From contig NW_003314378.1 in NCBI RefSeq assembly GCF_000143415.4, positions 198,110-262,109 of the forward strand: a stretch of DNA of 64,000 bases, written 5' to 3'. Numbering within the stretch: position 1 is the stretch's first letter; each line of letters begins with the position of its first letter. This DNA is from Selaginella moellendorffii. Taxonomy: Eukaryota > Plantae > Lycopodiophyta. Position numbers and translations under genes: made by a program. This document shows positions 60,481 to 64,000 of this stretch, in pieces. The notes under the pieces are model-generated. The model was given only the letters and a program-made list of their open reading frames with translations, had not been told where the DNA came from and made no database searches.

Positions 60481-63400
60481 ATGGCAGGGCCCCTGCAAGG
60501 TCCAGCAGCAGGATCGCTGGATCGGACTCCCTACGGCACAGGTCGCGGCGCTGCTGCTGGAGGGAAGATCAGGTCGGCGCGGCACCACCAGAATTTCAAT
60601 CAGGATCATCAGGTCTCCAAGCCCGGGGGAGTGAGGAGAGGGCCGTATGACAGGCCCGTAGGGCGGAATCCTCCGCAGCCGGCGGCTCGGCGAGGTGCTT
60701 GGATTGGATCCAGGATTCTCAGCGGCGCTTCGTCCTTTTTGTCTTCCCTCTTCCGCCGGGACGGCGACGAGACGCTTGCGCTGCCGGCGCCGCCACCGCC
60801 GCAATCTTATCAGGTGAGGAATGGGATTTTGGCAGCTCACTGACTGTAGATTTTGATGCTCGTCAGGAGGGTTTAGTGAATCACGATGTGAATTTTGGGG
60901 GCTCGGGAGACCAGATTGAGGATTTGCTCAAGGACCGGATTTTTACAAGGTATTTGTGGTGTGCTCTGTGTGTTCCTACTGACCTTGGTTTTTACCAGGG
61001 AGCAATGTGACCGCTTTATCAAGGTTTTGCAGTCCAAGCTCCAGCCCACTATTCCTAATGGTCTTGTTGGTGATCGAGATCAGCGCTACCCAGAGGATGA
61101 GCTGGAAAGAGAACGGGAGAATGAAGGGGAACGAGATCGACTTGCGCATAGAAACATGGTATGTATAAAGTCCTTGCTACTCATTTTGCTGTCGGTCTCA
61201 TGATAATACTTTTGGTGGTCTTTCAGGACCATCATGAGGACAGTGGGTCTTCGCCTGTTGACATCGCCAAGGCTTACATGGATAAGCGTTTGTCACCTGT
61301 TCCTGCGTCTGTATTTCCTATTAGAACTTTGGACTATGAGCGTACACATGAAGAGTACCGAGCTACTACTCCTCGAGTGGCTCCGACACCGCTTTCTCAT
61401 ATCAGAATAGCTACGCCGGGGCATACACCATATGTAAGACTGCCCAAACAACGCCCAAACAACGTGCGTGCGACTCCATATCCTGTGGAGGTTCGTGGTT
61501 GATTTTCTCTTGGTTGCATTTCTTATAACTTGTTTTCCGCAGAAAAAGAGACGTGTGGATGATGAGCTAGAATACACTGGGCGTCGTACAAAGTTGAAAA
61601 TGACTCCAGCAAATGGCCCGCCTGTTTCGCTACTGCCGAGCGCGTCCAACGGAGGCTTCGCTGGTAGTTATTCCGATCGAATGAAAAATCTTCAAAGAAA
61701 GAGATGGGAGAAACGGAGTAAAGAAGATTCTGCAGCGGCCGTGCCAATGCAATCGTCAGAAACAGCCAGGAGAATTCTTGAGACACTAGAAATCTTGACA
61801 CCGCCGAAGGTCATGTCTCTAGAGGAAGAACTTGCTGTCGTCAGGGAGAAGCGGCCAAAGGAACTATCACCTTCGATGATGAGCGAGCAGGCACGAAAAA
61901 CTGAGCTGACTTTGGAATGCCCACTTTCCGACGCTTTACAAGATCATTCTCCCAGCCACCGTGCTACTGAAACTGGAGAGCCATCGTCATCAGCAGCCCC
62001 AGTGACAACGTCGGCTGAGCCAGCTGAAAACGATGCTAAGGGTAAAGCGGTTACGACGTCACCCGAGCTAAGTTCTCGTCCGTGGTCGCCTGTCTCGGCA
62101 CAAATGACCAAAGGATTTCGTATGAATGCCGCTATGGAGGTAAGCTTTTGTTGTAAGAAGGGAACTTTGTGCTTACATTTTGTTGCTGTTATCGCAGGAG
62201 TCCAATTCTGATGATGAGGTCCAACCGATAGCAACCCCAGCAGTGTCTACACCCTCCGAAACAAAAACAACACAACTTTTTGCATCTCCAAGCTCTGTAG
62301 CTGACAGTAAGCCATCTTCTCCGCCTTTGGCCACTCTTACCGTACCGGCTGCCGAAAGCAAGAGTATGTTTGCATTTTCTACCGCGCCAGCGGCAGAGAA
62401 GAAAGCAACTTTTGAGGTGCAGAATTCGTCGCTTTTATTTACAACTTCTCCAGCAACCAGTACGGCTGCAGAAACGAAGTCAACTCAACTATTTGGATTT
62501 GCAACTGACAGTAAACCAGCATTTGCGCTTGCAGCAACTTCTACTGTTGCAGCGACCGAAGGCAAGGCTACTGTTGCGTTTCCTAGCACAGCAGTGGCAG
62601 AGAAGAAGCTATTCGCTGGGTTCGAGAGTTCTCATTCGACAGCACCTTCATTCACAGCTGCAAGTAAATCGGGTCCTCTATTTATGGCAACGACAGAGAC
62701 AAAATCAACTCAACCATTTGGATCTTCGAATGACAGTGGGACACTGTTTGCATTTGGCGCAGCTTCTACTGCACCGGTGGCTGAGAGCAGAGGTGCCTTT
62801 GGATTCTCTAGCGTTCCAGTGGTGGAGAAGAAATCAGCGTCCGAGTTTCCGACGCAGGAGATTAAATCATTTACCGCTCCTTCAGCTGTCAGTAAAGCCG
62901 TCGAAACGAAATCAACTCCGCTTTTCGCATCGTCAAGCTCTGCAACGGACATTACTCCTTCCACAACCACTCCTGCAATGCCGGCAGCTGAAAGCAAGGC
63001 TACTTTCGCATTCTCGAGCGCTCCAGTGGCGGAGAACAAAGCGAGCTTCGAGTTTTTGGCCTCTCAGACATCAGAGACAAAGCCGGCTTTTTCATTCATC
63101 GCCACTCCAGCATCAGCTACAAGTAAACCGGTGTTTGCACCCGTCCCGGCAGCTGAAAGCAAGCCGGCCTTTTCATTTACGAACGCGCCACCAGCGGAAA
63201 AGAAGGCAGGCTTTGAGTTTGGAGGCGTAACAACGCCGGCATCTTTCACCTTTGGTTCCAACACAAACACCAGCCCGAGTATCTTCGGCATAGCTTCCTC
63301 AGCACCTTCTCCCACCACAGGCACGAGCTCTGCCTTGGGAACCGGGGACATGGAACAGGACATGGCCGAAGAGCCCGCGAGTGCTGTGCAGACGTCGCAG

Positions 63401-63946
63401 CCTGTAGCGTTCGGCAACACTCCGGTCCCGGCGGCTCAACCGTTCGTGTTTGGAAGTCCTCCACCAGCACTGCCAACATTTGGAGCGGCGTCGGCTCCCG
63501 ACTTTGGTGCTCATCAGACATCGGCACCGGCATTTGGAGGCTTTGGATCGCAGCCATTTAGTTCTCAGTCTTCACCTTTTGGAGCTGCGGCTACTTCCGG
63601 CAGTGCTACCACCCCAGCGTCGGTTCAACCCTTCGTGTTTGGAAGCTCTCCGCCAGCACCAGCGTTTGGAGCGGCGTCAGCGCCTAGCTTTGGTGGTGGC
63701 AGTCCGCAAGCCAACCCGTTTGCGTCGCAGCCGCCGTTTGGTTCTCAGCCTTCGATCTTCGGCGCCCAGCAACCGGGGGCTGGAGCTACCCCGGCCGCTC
63801 CGGTGTTTGGATCTCAACCAGCAGGGGCGAATCCATTCAGTGGCTTTAGCGGATTTACAGTGGGAGCAGGGAATGCAGATGGCGAGCAGCGGACGAGGAA
63901 GCTTTTCAAGGCGAAGAGGACGGGTGCTTCGAAGAGGGGGAAGTGA
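60481..63946 (+). CDS. NUP1: Nuclear basket FG nucleoporin NUP1/NUP136-like
   Basis: GGKIR..GPYDRP, SSPVDIAKAYM and VPMQSSETARRILETL; FxFG/FAF repeats; basic tail RKLFKAKR. Confidence 0.82.
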
Positions 63947-64000
63947 GAGGAAGAGGAACAGGAAATGGTGGTGGTGGCGATGGCGGTGGCGACGGTGGCA

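Overview
Compact, intron-rich land-plant nuclear DNA. Short (~50-70 bp) GT-AG introns, very short intergenic gaps and intronless PLS-type PPRs suggest a lycophyte such as Selaginella; this is inferred, not verified. Intact genes: PhoD phosphatase, xylose isomerase, PLS-PPR, small thaumatin-like protein, LRR-RLK, SKP2-like F-box, ILP1/GCFC, plastid NAD-MDH, UMP synthase, GT64 glycosyltransferase, a RAD5/RIS1-type SNF2-RING helicase, plastid transketolase and NUP1/NUP136. The centre (24.5-56.6 kb) is a rearranged zone. It holds a young 7.6-kb non-coding LTR element, interlocking inverted repeats, a 0.9-kb foldback, and deletion-riddled relics of genes (UMPS, PPR, RLK, PP2C, mid-SUN, F-box, plastid psbC). 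Best candidates for new biology: (1) a chimeric gene in which a diverged but open UMPS-derived OPRT domain is fused N-terminally to an intact SNF2-RING remodeller (38972-43250); (2) a spliced, secreted 12-Cys peptide gene with an unusual all-paired Cys pattern (45394-45794); (3) a hairpin cluster with twin tRNA T-arm mimics inside the LTR element; (4) a Crinkler-like nuclease-fold plus kinase locus. Exon boundaries and alignments were made by eye and family calls are from motif recognition, not database searches.
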